DNA of 64,000 nucleotides from Lepidodermella squamata (taxonomy: Eukaryota; Animalia; Gastrotricha), in contig JBLDXI010000099.1 in assembly GCA_047495785.1 (NCBI GenBank), forward strand, positions 1 through 64,000. The letters are read 5' to 3'. The notes beneath the pieces were generated by a model. That model ran no database searches, was not told the origin of the DNA, and was given only the letters and a program-made list of their open reading frames with translations. This document shows, in pieces, positions 26,983 through 39,460 of this stretch; positions within the stretch are counted from its first letter, which is position 1; every line of letters starts with the position of its first letter. A program made the position numbers and the translations under genes.

Positions 26983-27500
26983 CTAGATTTGCGGCGTCGC
27001 CAGGTTGAACTTGGCCTTGAGTTTCGTCAGCTCGGCCTGCTGCTTGTCGAGGTCGGCGGCCGCGTACCTGCAAAAAGCCACAGCCAGTCAAACATTGTAT
27101 CAAACACAGTGAATAAAAAGTGAAGCTGAAAAACAACTACTTACGCCTTGGTGGGTTGGTAGTAGAGCACGACGAGGTAGCGATCGCAGACGTTGAAGCC
27201 GGACAAGTGGTCGCACGCGTTCTTCGCGTCGAAAATGTCCTCGTAGACGACGAAGGCGGTGCCGCGCGTCTCCGGCGTCGCGCCCAGCCGGATCTGCCGG
27301 ATCGCGCCGTACTTGCCGAAAATGTCGTACATTTCGTCCGCCGTGATCTTGAACGGCAGGTTCTTCACGTACAAAATGCGGTTCACTTCCGGCGGCAGGC
27401 GAATCTGTCAAATAAGCACACACACGTTATATAACTTTTATTGAACTTGATTAAACGCAAAACTTACATTCGCCTTCTTGTTCTGATTCGCAAACGCCAT
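26983..27500 (-). CDS. SF3B6: Splicing factor 3B subunit 6 (p14); exons 27468-27500, 27145-27404, 26983-27067
   Basis: [41 protein letters not shown]...[24 protein letters not shown] is nearly identical to p14. Confidence 0.98.
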
Positions 27501-28260
27501 CCAACAACTAACTCTCTAACAAATTTATCTAAATAAAAACAAACACATCGTAATCGTTAGAAACAAGTTTTTCTTGCGCTTTCTAATAATCAATCGATTG
27601 AAACGGAAAAAATTCAATGGAGAGTGAAAAAAATGAAAGGTCGTCGACAATTCGTTTACAATAATAATCATCATCATCCGCGTCGCATGAGCATCACAAC
27701 TTTTTGGGAAAATAATAGTAACATGATGCAGTTTTTTTTGCTGAATAACGGCACAATAATAAGACTAACAATAGCAATAAAGATAATATCAACTCTGCAG
27801 TGGTAAGAAAATTAACAGGGCAGCATTATGATGGTTAAATAAAACATATACATAATATATAGAAAATGGTAAAATTCATCATTCGACGTCTGTAAAACTG
27901 TGCGACTAGACACATTTGCGGGAACAAAAATCAACAGCAAAAATGGAAAGTAGCAGCCGATGACATTTCAATGATTTGTAATACAAACTACGCTATGCAC
28001 CTTTTTCGAACGATATATTATAATACGGGTATGATAATATCAATAAATGAGAAAGAAAATCAAGCAGGGCAACAAAGTCGGTTGAGCATCTTCATATTGA
28101 CAATGGGTCAAAAGAACAACGCTGAGATTTCAAAATGATTTTTTTCACAAACATAGTCAACAACAAGAATAACCATGAAAAATGAGAGCCGAAATGTTCG
28201 CAAGAGCAATTGAGAATACATTCGTAAAAGAATGTTGATAACAGGCAGGAAATCATGAGC

Positions 28261-29247
28261 TTATTCGCGTTGATAGTAACGAGCGCCTGATATCGCTGAA
28301 ATCTGACCATTCGAGATCAATGGTGCGTTGGCCTCGACATTCCCCACAGCATTATTCAAGGCTGGTTCCGAGTTTTGCCGCCGTGAAGCAGTGTTGTTAT
28401 TGCTCACTAGCGCTGCATCTTCGTCACTGCTATTTCGCCTGAATGCGGCTCGTCTCGATAGCTGCCTAGCTAGCATTCGAACTAATACGAATACGATGAA
28501 CAGCGACAAGGCTTGAAGACCCACTAGCGAGCCAAACACGCCCATGAGAATGTGGTACCGATCGACGAATAGCATTTTCACAAAAGTGTCGTAACATCCA
28601 GCGGCGTACGCGCTATCCATCGGGCATTCCTCCGTAGGCTCTCGGCAACACGATGCTGGAATCGAATCCGAACTGCCGCCCTCAGCCGTCGAAGACTGCC
28701 AATCACGAGGCGACTGCACGCCACAGCACATCATGCTCGATTGCAGACGATCCCACGCTTTAGCCACTCGCACATCAGCTCGGTAGCGTTGAATGATATC
28801 TCGGCTAATTTCGCGTCGCAAAAACGCGTCAATGTCCTTGCGGAAAATTGCGCCCAGACCTAGCAAGATCAGCTGAGCTGCGACTATCGACGACAGAATA
28901 GCAGCATAGGCAAGAAGCATTCCGCGAGACGACGTCGCAGCACCACAGCAACCGAGAAAGGAAACAAGGCTGGCGCACGAGCCAGCGGCTATTAAGCAAA
29001 CCGCGAATGTTGATATCAGTTCAGATTGTGGGGCTTTTTCAATCGTTCGCGTGTAAATATCTAGATCTCGCAGACCTCCGAGGAGGACGTATACTCCTAG
29101 CGCGATAAGCCCGCATCCGATCGAGAACGTCAAGGTGCTAACGACATAACAAAATTATTTGAATTTTTTTAAATTCAATAAGCGAATGACCTACCTGAAA
29201 AAGGAAAAGGACAAACGCAAACATGACAGCGACGATAACTTTGCCAT
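28261..29247 (-). CDS. Tetraspanin; exons 29195-29247 and 28261-29137
   Basis: Four hydrophobic segments, FLGCCGA, and large-loop CCG, PASCC and GC motifs. Confidence 0.93.
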
Positions 29248-29545
29248 GTCTCACTTATTTATTCTTTCAACTTAATCTTTCTCTTTCCTATCTTTCCGTC
29301 TTTCAAGGCCCTGCTGCTCGCAAGTCGCGTCACGTGATTTAATTTGAGCGAACCGCGAATGTTGATATCAGTTCAGATTGCGGCGCTTTTTCGCTCGTGT
29401 GTAAATATCATTAAGTTACACCTAAAATTGGAAACATGAGAAAAAAACAAGGTTGGTTACGATTGGCAAGCCATTGTAATCAACTGCGTAAAAAGCCTAT
29501 AATTTAGAGCGTAATTTAGGCGTTTAACAGCGACGATGCAATGTA

Positions 29546-29797
29546 TCAACCGGCTAATGTATCAAGTTGTTGTTGAATAGCCTCCATTTCGTTGTACAGT
29601 TTCACAAGGGAATCGTGGTTCAATTCCATTTGAAGCTGTTTTTCTCCCGAGCAACAATCAGAACTCAGCTTTAATTGTAAAACGCTGAATGGCTCGGCGT
29701 ATTTCGCTTGATTGGAAGCAGCCGCAGATATGCCCAACTGCCAACCGACACTTTGCAAATTTAAAGTTTGATCCAATGTTTCGTTCTCTGATGGCAT
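29546..29797 (-). CDS. COMM-domain-only protein, COMMD10-like (83 aa)
   Basis: LQSVGWQLGI...QAKYAEPFSVLQL...LYNEMEAIQQQLDTL matches the COMMD10 COMM domain (LETVGWQLNL...FYNKLETIQAQLDSL). An in-frame TGA lies 2 codons upstream of the ATG. Confidence 0.82.
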   Translation of the reverse strand: MPSENETLDQTLNLQSVGWQLGISAAASNQAKYAEPFSVLQLKLSSDCCSGEKQLQMELNHDSLVKLYNEMEAIQQQLDTLAG

Positions 29798-30061
29798 TAT
29801 TCAAACACTTTTTAGCAAATGCACTAAAAGCAGATTAGAATATTTGGGTATTGGTAAATGTGGCCAACTCGACGGACTCTGTGAGATAGGCGATACGATT
29901 GAAAATGGGCGCTTTACACCAACATGCTCGGTCTTCCTTCTCTTTTTCTTTCAATTAAGGCTGCTTGCTGATGCAGCAAATAATAAATACAGTGTTTTCA
30001 AGAAATAAGAAAGAGTTATACCTAAATAGCTCATCTCTCTCTCATCTCTCCCGCTTGACGT

Positions 30062-30089
30062 CTTGAGACTAAAAAGTTTTAGTCTCAAG
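30062..30089. mobile_element. 28-bp TIR-only transposon relic with 8-bp target site duplication
   Basis: cttgagactaaaa-ag-ttttagtctcaag is flanked by cttgacgt at 30054-30061 and 30090-30097. Confidence 0.65.
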
Positions 30090-30996
30090 CTTGACGTGGG
30101 ATATGAGTACGCAGTTGCTCCGGGCAAGTCAGCGCCATGATAAGCGTACTAGGTACTAGGTAGTCAAGAAAAATGTAGAATGTAGTTTGACAATCCTTTT
30201 GGCTGGAACTCGTAGCTTTATTGGGATTTAGGATTTCGATCGCACCCAACAACTCTGTCGCCTGACAACAACAGTAAACTTAATTTATTCATTAATTATT
30301 GACACCAAAAGTTTTGCAAATTATAGCTTTTGCTTTACTTATATTTCAATAAACATTCTAGGTGGTTGTTAGAAATATTTTACGAATGATTTATTGCACG
30401 AAATGGAGGGTCCTTGTCCAGAATCAAGTCCGCGGGAACTTCAATTTTGTTGCATTTTTTTCATGCATCTTTTCTTCATCCAACGAAGTCAGGAGTCATG
30501 ATCTCCTCACTACTTATCCCTTGACTTGTGTTAATGCCCATGTTAAATGCCTAGCGATGTGTGTTGGAGAGGCGACAGAGATGATCGAGAGCCATCGATA
30601 CGGATGCACCCACACCAGCCTTTGCTGTTTTCTATTTGAAAAGATTTTCTATTTCCAAGGCTTCTCATAATCGCTGTTTTCCCATGCCATGCCAACTGTT
30701 ATGCAGAATAAAATTGGCCCAATGGCGTTTATCGTTTATCCATGTCTTGTTGCTGCTGCTGCTGCTGCTGTAAATGGAGTTATGGCATAACTTGATACAT
30801 GCTGGTTCTAGTTCATATGAATTTAAGCCAAACCGCTTAAACAAATGTTTATAAATGCCGAAGGACATTTATGCAGATTTCTAGATTTACCGCATAAGTC
30901 AAGATCTTTTTAATGCTTACAAGTCACAATACTAGTTTCTTCCTCCTCTGATTGAGACATAAAACGATACAGGAAAAGCGTTACTGTATGCTTGGG

Positions 30997-31107
30997 AAAT
31001 AAGGTAATACTCTATGGCAAACCATGGAGAAATATGACTTCCCCTCGATTCGTTTGGCTGAGCTGAAGAGAGGGGGAAATTCTCTCCATGGAGTATTTCC
31101 TTATTTA
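30997..31107. mobile_element. MITE-like element with imperfect ~21-bp TIRs; a related left end lies in WAPL intron 1 (~32856-32910)
   Basis: aaataaggtaatactctatgg ... ccatggagtatttccttattt. Second copy aaataagggaatactctatggcaaaccatg near 32856. Confidence 0.55.
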
Positions 31108-31348
31108 TCCATGGCAAAATTTAACCATGCGTATGTGGGAATACAGAACACTTTATAGCTGACAATATAAGGTGGAATTTTATTTTCGACTTTCCCTTTA
31201 TAAAATTTGTACTTTATCAGTTTTTCTTGTCCTTTTCAGCTGCGTAGCTCTGTGTTCACAGCAGATGCTTGATGCTTATTGGGAGGCCTATATAGTTGGC
31301 AGTTGAATATGTTGGTTACGTAGGTTTTTATGTCAAATATTGATATGA

Positions 31349-34300
31349 ATGGAAAGTCGACGAAGTGCTAAGGCGCCCATAAAAACTTACGGCCGGTCGG
31401 CAAAATCAACCGCGGAAACAGTTGCCGACTCGGGCGGATCGACCTTTAATAGAGCTCAGCGGAAACCCGACTCGTTTGACATGCTTTTCGGCAACAAGCA
31501 TAAGACAGAGTCGTTTGCGGCTGGCGACCCATTCGAATTTTCCTCAAACGATCGACCGCCGCCGCAGAAGCATGCAAAACCTGACCCATTTGCCTTTGAC
31601 GAAGAGTTTAGCGACAGTAAACCTCAGCAACCAACAAGGCGGCAAGCTGAACCAAAGATGAGTGCGAAACCTGTTGCGAAAAGCACGACTCGCAAAAACA
31701 GTAGCAAGTCGACGCCGTTATTTGAAGAAACTGACACGTTGCTGAAAGCTGATAATCAAATGAAAATCGACTCATTTACCGTGTCTTTGCCTCGGCTGAA
31801 AGCATCTTCAGTAAGCAAAGCTGCTGCTGCTGCTGCTCCGCCGGTAGTGGAACCGGTGGTTTCGACATCACCACCGCTTGTTGAGAAGCAACCGTCACCA
31901 AAAGAGTTACCCAACATCGAGGAAGAGTCGTCAAAAGACGACGACGTTGACGAGCAAGAAGAGAAAATTGCACCACAAGCTGCGAAGAAGCAAAAACTGG
32001 ACAGTGAAGCAACAACGGCAGCTGTGGTGAGGCAGCCCGCCGCACCTCAGCCGCGAATTTTTACGACAGTGCGAGGAGAGCGGAAAAAAGTGGCTAATCC
32101 GAAATCGTGGTTCGCCGTGGACGACGACGACGATGACGACGAAGGCGAAGCTGCTGATGCTTATCGTTTACCGGAGAAGAAGGAAGCATCGGTCGCGATG
32201 TCGTCGGTGAGTACGAGTCAAGCAGATTTGCATAATTCGCGGATCGACCGGCCACGACGCCATGCATCCGGCTCCGGCTCGGACAAATCAGTGGCAGCGG
32301 GCGGCGGCGGCGGCGTGTCGACGGTGGTCGACGCGGCGACAGGCAAGCGGGTGGTGCGGGTCGCCCGGTCGGAGCGCGACAAGTACGCGGTGGTGCGGCA
32401 CGTGCGGGGCGTGAGCGAGCTGCAGGCCGAGTCGACGTCGCTCGAGTTCGACGGCGACTACACGTACCTGATCGAGTGCGTGGGGCCGACGGCGCAGTTG
32501 TCGTCGCGCTGCCTGTCCGCCTTCCAGCTCGCGTCCAAGTGCGCCGACTCGTCCGAGTTCAGGCTCTACCTGAAGTCGACGGGCAAGCTGCCGGAGCTGT
32601 TTTCGAAGCTGCACGACGCAGACCAGCACGACGTAAATTTTGCATTGGCTCATTTTCAGTATTGCAAGGTTCATGATATATCAGAGGTGATGCTTCATTT
32701 CAAGACACTTGATCGATTGAAACCTACTGGCATTCGAATTTGCTTCGAACCTGGAAAACGGGATAAAGATCATTAGAAATTCTGAATAATCATCCTACTG
32801 CGATGTATCGATGTAACCTTTGCAAATTTTTGTCCGATTTTCTGTTGTTGGCGCAAAATAAGGGAATACTCTATGGCAAACCATGAAGAAATATAAAATT
32901 CCCCCCTGATCTGGAACCCGAAATTTCGTTTTCCGAACCCGAAAAGTAGTGAAAAAATTCGGGCAATTATTCGAGGGGGCCTTTATTCAAGGCAGGCTAT
33001 TATTTATCCTAAAGCGTGAAATCATCACTTGAACCGACATTTTTAGTCATCAGCTTGAATATTCTATTCCTATTTCTAGCCACCTTTCCTATTCTTTCCA
33101 TGAGCTGATCATACCAGACCTATTATTATTACCACGTGGCTATTATTCGAGGTGGGCTATTATTAACCTATGGACCCAATATTTGGATGGATTTTTGGGG
33201 CTATTATTTGAGGTTGGATACTATTCGATAAAATACGTAATAATACCAACCCGTCGAAACTGTCTTATTTTCAAGAATGCCTTGATCAATTTTCGCAAAC
33301 TTCCTTCTAATGAGCAACTTTTTCGATAATGCTTTTCCGACAGTTGCTGGCGCTGTGCGCGGCGGCAATGTTCGTGGTGCTGTCGGCGGACCGGTCGCAG
33401 GTCGACCTGGACACGCCGGCCATGGCGCTGCTCGTGCGCCTCGTTCGCCTCGACTCAGCTTCATCAGCTTCATCGCCTTCGAATGCGAAGCCGCCTAGCA
33501 GCAGCAGCAGCAACAGCAGTGGTGGCGGCGGGTGGTCGACGGCGGTGCCTGCGCCGATCGTGGAGCGCGTGACGAGCGGCGTGGCGGCCCTGCTGAAGAC
33601 GCTGGTGCGCAAGTACGGCGCCGAGCTGTTGCACTCGTCGTCGTCGGGCGTGAGCGTCGACTCGCCGGCGGTGGTGCGTGATTTGGCGCTGTCGGCGCTG
33701 CACACGCTGTGCCAGCGGTGCTCGTCGGAAGCGGCGCAGGCGCAGTTCCGCGACTCGCACGCCCTCGACGTGCTCGTCGACGACTGCGCGCGCACGCTCG
33801 CCTCGGCGACCACCGCAACCGCCTCGAATGTCGCACTTGGACAGCAGACATCGCAGACATCGCAGTCTCTGGACGCTCGTCGCCTCAAACACGTGCTGTC
33901 GGGCATTGGCAAACTGGTGGCGAAGAACAAGGAGTCGAAGCGCGTGGCGGGCGAGCGCGACAACTCGCTGCTGCCGCGCGCCCTCGCCAACTACGCCACG
34001 CAGTTGCTGCCTCCTCTGCAGTTGCAGCAGCCATCGTCATCGACTTCATGTGAAAACTCAACGCAGCAGTGGTCGGTGAGTGAAGCCGACTCGCGCCTGC
34101 TGTCGCAGATCTACAACCTGCTGATGACGCTGTGCTGTGACACCAGTGAGTTTCTGTTCCTGTGTTTTTTTGATATCCCTTTTTCAATCGTAGGTGAATT
34201 GCAATTTGGGAATTTATAACAAAAGCGTAGAACTGTGATAACTGCTCATTATTTGTTTTTTTGGGCATACGTGAAATCCCAATGATGTCTAGTTAAGTAT

Positions 34301-36066
34301 TTCTGAATTGCTGGCGGAAATCGTTTGGTTGGTTGTTCCATGTGCTTTGTGTTAGCCATCAGGTAAACGAAATGGACCCAGAGTTTCATTGCTACGATGA
34401 ATTGAAGTTAACTTGGGCAGCTTGGTTTAGTTAACTTGCATTGATTGTACTCTAAAGTTTGGGGTTTGCCGGGCTAGCATACTTAACCGACTTAACTGCG
34501 ACCTGCGACTCTTTTGTACTCTAATTAATGACTGTGTTTTCATCTGCTCGACCAGAAACGACGTGCGGCGTGTTGGCGAGCGAGTGCCCGGACTTTGTGG
34601 CGGCGTCGCTGCGGCTCGCCATCGTCGGCCGCGCCTCCATCGACCAGGTGCACGCGCACTTTGACCTGAGCATCCTCGTAAGTTGTTGTTGCCTGCCTTG
34701 CCTTGCCTTGCCTTGGTTTCATTTGACTTGTATTGCTGCTTAGAGCTTCTTCGTACTCGTGAACATTGCCGAGTTCTCGCCGGTGGCGGCGGCTGTCTCG
34801 CGGCCGTACGGCGTCGACGGGCCCGCGCTCCCGCAACTCCTCATCGACTTTTTCAACCAACTGTGCGCCGCCGCCGCCGAGTGCGAGCGCGAGGCCGACG
34901 AACACATCTCGTCATCGCAACAGCAACAACAACAACAACAACAGCAGCAGCTACAACAACGCACTGCCGCCTCGGCGTCGTCCTCGCAAACTTCGACGGC
35001 GACGTCCGGCATCGGCGGCGGTCTCGACGATACTCTGCGACCGTCGTCTTCATCGACAGCGGCTGCTGCTGCGTCTTCGAGCAACCCTCGCCGCCCCTCC
35101 TCAACGTCTGCCACAGCAGCAGCAGACACCCCATTGGCGCGTGGTGGTGGCGGCGGCGCGAGTAGCAGCGGCTTCGGCCTCGGCGGCGATGACGAGGCGC
35201 TCGATGCTAGTAAGTCATTTACTTACTGTACCGAACATAGGAAGACATGGCGGCATATAATCTTAGAATTTGGACAATTTTAGCTCTGCTTGCAAGTGAA
35301 TAGCCTGTCGAAAATGAAGCATTGGGTCCCTCAGTTGGGTTGACGTGTTTGTTAATCAGATGAAAAAAATTCTAAAATGGGTTGGAATGTCACCAGTGAC
35401 CATTTTTAATGGGAAGTTGGGAATTTCCTGTCAGCTGGTTTTCTACGTTCAAAATCATTATTATTTCGCTGATGCTAATTGTTGACAATTGATGTCATGC
35501 CATTGCATTTTGCAGTGTTGCACGCGGCTGGCACGCGGCACATGGAGCTCAACTTCCTGGCGGCGTGCTGCGTCATCATCGTGTTCTACGCGAGCGAGGC
35601 GCTCGAGGCGAAGCGCGGCGGCGTCGAAGCGGTGCGGCGCCTCTTCGCTGGTGCGTCCTTCGACGCCGCCGTCGACGTGCTCAAGAAGTTCCTCACGTTC
35701 ATGGCGCTGGTCAACGGCATGGACGACCGCACGCTCGAGACGGTGTCGCGCATCCTCGAGCGCTACGACGCCGCCAATCGCATGCACAACAACAGCAACA
35801 ACAACAAGCCAGCTGCGGCTGCGACTCAGAGTCTAGCCACCCCACCAGGAACATCATCATCGTCTTCATCAGGCGAAGACAACGACAACAACATGGCGAT
35901 TAGCGGCAACAAAAGGGCGAACAAGCAGCCATCAGTCGCTACGGCTGCTGCTGGTCTTCGGCCGGCTGTGCGGCAAACGTACGGCCGCCGGGCCAAGGCA
36001 GGCACGGCTGGCAGCGGCAGCAGCAGCAGCAGCAGCACGACAGCCACCAACAGCGATTCAGACTAG
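31349..36066 (+). CDS. WAPL: Wings apart-like cohesin release factor; exons 31349-32632, 33344-34145, 34556-34677, 34744-35209, 35516-36066
   Basis: N-terminal KTYGR (YSR-like) and FxF motifs. YAVVRHVR...EFDGDYTYL...RCLSAFQLASKC...FRLYLK, FDLSIL..LVNIAEFS and RHME match the WAPL domain. Confidence 0.9.
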
Positions 36067-36815
36067 ATACGGCTTGTCTTTTCGTCGCCGTCGTCTTGGT
36101 GAATTTTCTGAAATCTAAGCGTAATTTTTGTTATAGTAATACATCGGTGCCTCTTTATGTTTTTTTTTCTCCCGTCGAGACTCGCAGTTCTTACGTAATC
36201 AGTAATCATGCGTAACTTTTTTTCTTGTTTTTTTGTACGTGCGTGCGGCAGTCGTCTTTTATGGCTGTGTTCTAACTAATTGTGCGCGTCGCTTTTCGGC
36301 GCCTAAATACTACGATGATACGATGATACTGATGCATTGTCATTATGCTTTTTTTGAATCGATGATTGTTTACTTCTACCTATATGTTCGAATGAACGAA
36401 TGACGATGATGATATCTGCAAATTAGAAGCTAACAAATTAAAATCACAATGATGATGCATTTTTTTTACGAATCGACAATGCGCCTTGCCAATGATGATG
36501 ATGATGCTTATTTCGGGATAATAATAATGATCAAGTGTTGAAATCATCATCTTTAATGGTCTTACCTATATGAAAAAAAAGATCTCGCAGCTGCTGCTTC
36601 AAGATATACAAAACTAACTTGTATGAGAGAGAGAGCAGGGCAGCTGCTTTGAAAAATGACAAGAAGAAAAAACACAATTCTCAATAAAGGTTGATCATTC
36701 ATGACGTTATTGTAGAGATTTTACGCCAGAATCTCTGTAGTGTGTCTGTCATACGACTGTTATTGCAACAAGCAAAAGGCTGTGAAATTGGCGAGCATAG
36801 CCACTTACTAAATAG

Positions 36816-37934
36816 ATGACGCACAATGAACCGCGGAGGTGAGTAGACACACGCGATTGAATGTAAATGTCATGATCATTGATTGCATCGTAGCCACTGG
36901 ATCCGCGAGGGTGCCATCTCACTGGCGGCCGGCGTGCTCTACGGCTCCAGCTACGTCATCGTCGCGCACCCGTTCGACACGCTGAAGACGAAAATGCAGG
37001 CGCAGGCTGGCTTCGAGAAGCTCGGCATCGTCCAGGCACTCGGCCGCACCGTCAAACAGGACGGCTTCATCGGCCTGTACCGCGGCTGCATCCCACCGCT
37101 GTGGGGCTCCGCCATCTACCGGTCTGTGCAGTTTGCCGCATTCGAAGCCACTTACACGCTGCTGGACAACGACGCGTGCCGCACCGAAATTCCATATACT
37201 GGTGGGCTGCAGTTGCGCGTTCTCGCCGGCGGCGTCGTCTCCGGCTGCCTGCGCTCCATCGTCGAGTGCCCGCTGGAATACGCGAAAATCAAGCGGCAAA
37301 TCGGCGAAACGTGGCACTTCCGCGAGTTGTTCCACGGCTACGGCTCGCTGCTTATCCGCTCGGCGCCCCTCCTCACGTCGTACTTTGTCATTGTCGACAC
37401 GATGCGCCGCAACTGCCCCGACGCCTTCACGTACCCGTTCTTCGGCCCGCTCTTCACGTCAGGCTTCGCCGCCACCTCAGCATGGTGAGGAGTCTATATT
37501 TTTGGTCGATTTTGTGAGAAAAACTGAAATTATTGGGTTGGAAAGCTTTCTGGAGAAAAGGTTTCTATCGTTACCTCTCTTATTATATAAATGGCCGATC
37601 GATTCACAGGGTGTTTGTGTTTGTGTTGTGTCTCTTGTTTCACCAGGTGGACGGTGTGGCCGCTGGAGTACGTGCGAACGCAGATCCAGGCCGGTTATGG
37701 CTCGCCGAACGACTCGACGTGGCGGCGGCTGTCGAAGCTGTTCCGCGAAGTGGGCTTCTTCGGGCTGTATCGCGGCATGCTGCCCGGCTCGCTGCGGGCT
37801 TTCACCGGCGCCGGTAAGTACTTTACTCAGTTTTCGCCAGGCTGATGACTGACTGACTGTGACTTTCAGGCGTGGCTATGGTTGTGATGCAGGAGGCGCA
37901 GAAGAAGGCGACGCAGTGGGGCTGGCGAGACTGA
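36816..37934 (+). CDS. Mitochondrial carrier (SLC25 family); exons 36816-36838, 36894-37484, 37647-37813, 37870-37934
   Basis: Three Px[DE]xx[KR] signatures (PFDTLKTK, PLEYAKIK, PLEYVRTQ) and GLYRG motifs. The spliced frame is open. Confidence 0.95.
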
Positions 37935-39460
37935 ACAGCTGAACTCCCTTTAGATGATGATAGTAGTTTTACGAATTGTGTTGCTATAGTTTCTCGAAAT
38001 GCCTCCTCCTCCTCCTATCTCTCTGTGTCTCTGTGTCTCTCTCGAATAACAAATCATCAATACTTGATCAGTAATTATTAATAACCAGTTGAGATAAGTA
38101 CTTACTGCGGATGATATATACGAATAATACCTAATAATAATAATATTATCAACCCGGCTGTTATTATTCTTATTTATTATGCGATGAAAATACTGATGAA
38201 GATGTGTTCTCGCTCGCTTTCTCTCGCTCATGTCTCGGTCTACGGTCTAAGATGTATGACTCGGTTGGTGAGAAAATGCACCAGTGAAAATCAACTCTAT
38301 GATGTATAAAAAATGATACATGCAAAACAAGTCTTCTCAATAATCGGGCGGGCTTCTTGTTCGTGTATTATACTGCATTGAATAAGAACAAGTTCAGAAA
38401 ACGTATTATTTGTCGAGTTATTTTGCGGAATGTTGTTGAGTTCATTTATATTAATACTACTAGTAGATTATAATTATATTCTTAATTTGACTATTTTTAC
38501 GATTCGCCATTCGGTCTATTGCTGTGACGACTTTGAACAGTAAATAAAAACACAATCAGTTGCAAGTTCATTTGTTCATTTGTTCATTGGCACTTTGCAC
38601 CGGTGCTGCAACGGTTTGCATATAGGTTCATATGTTCGCTAAGTAGCAGCTAATTGATGCGCACTTGACGTTGCGCACTCGGTTATTGCTGTTACTGCTG
38701 TCACGGTGGCTTTGGTTGCTTTTTCGAGTTGCACAGTTCTCCGTCACCCAATTCAACATCGGCTGGCGCTGTTACACACACAATTTTGTATAATTTTGCA
38801 TATTATGCAACAAAATCTTACAGTCTCAACTAAAAGCACTGCGCAAAAAAGTCTCGTCCACCGTACATCAGAATGGTCATTTTTCGTCGTGAATAATCTG
38901 TGGTAGTGAAATTTTGTAAACATTTACCGGGTTCTTTGAGGTCAAGACACTCCATTTTGCTAAATTTCACGGCCAATCCGATGCCAAAATGTCTCAAAAT
39001 AAATCACAGTGGTCTACGATCTACGAGAATATGAAAAATGACACACCAGGTAAGAGAAAGACCAACTTTGAGAGAATAAAGAGACTTTTTTGCGCAGTCT
39101 AGTGCAAAAGCAGCCAGCCGTTTTCGATCCGCGTTTTAATCGCATTTAATCGCATGTAATAATTCGAGAAAAAGCGTACATTTTTTACTGGCCGTTAGCG
39201 ATGCCATCAGTAGCTTAGTAGCGATGTTGGCCAACGCAACACTCGGCTGCACATCTCGTTGAGAGGCAGCTGAGGTGAGCATCGCGGCACAGGCAGCAGC
39301 AAACATTCGTGTAGCTATTGAATGGTCGACAACGCTGACGGCAGCGCACAGCTCGGCGACCATGTTTGAGCTGTTTGAGGCTTCCCTTTCGGCCGTAACT
39401 ATATTGAAAATTATAATACTATTATAAGAGTATTATTCGCTTTCATTTTATTTTTACGCA

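Noticed and set aside
39136-39363. Ala-rich 75-aa minus-strand ORF with an upstream acceptor-like site
   Set aside because: It could be an exon, but I found no homology cue or partner exons.
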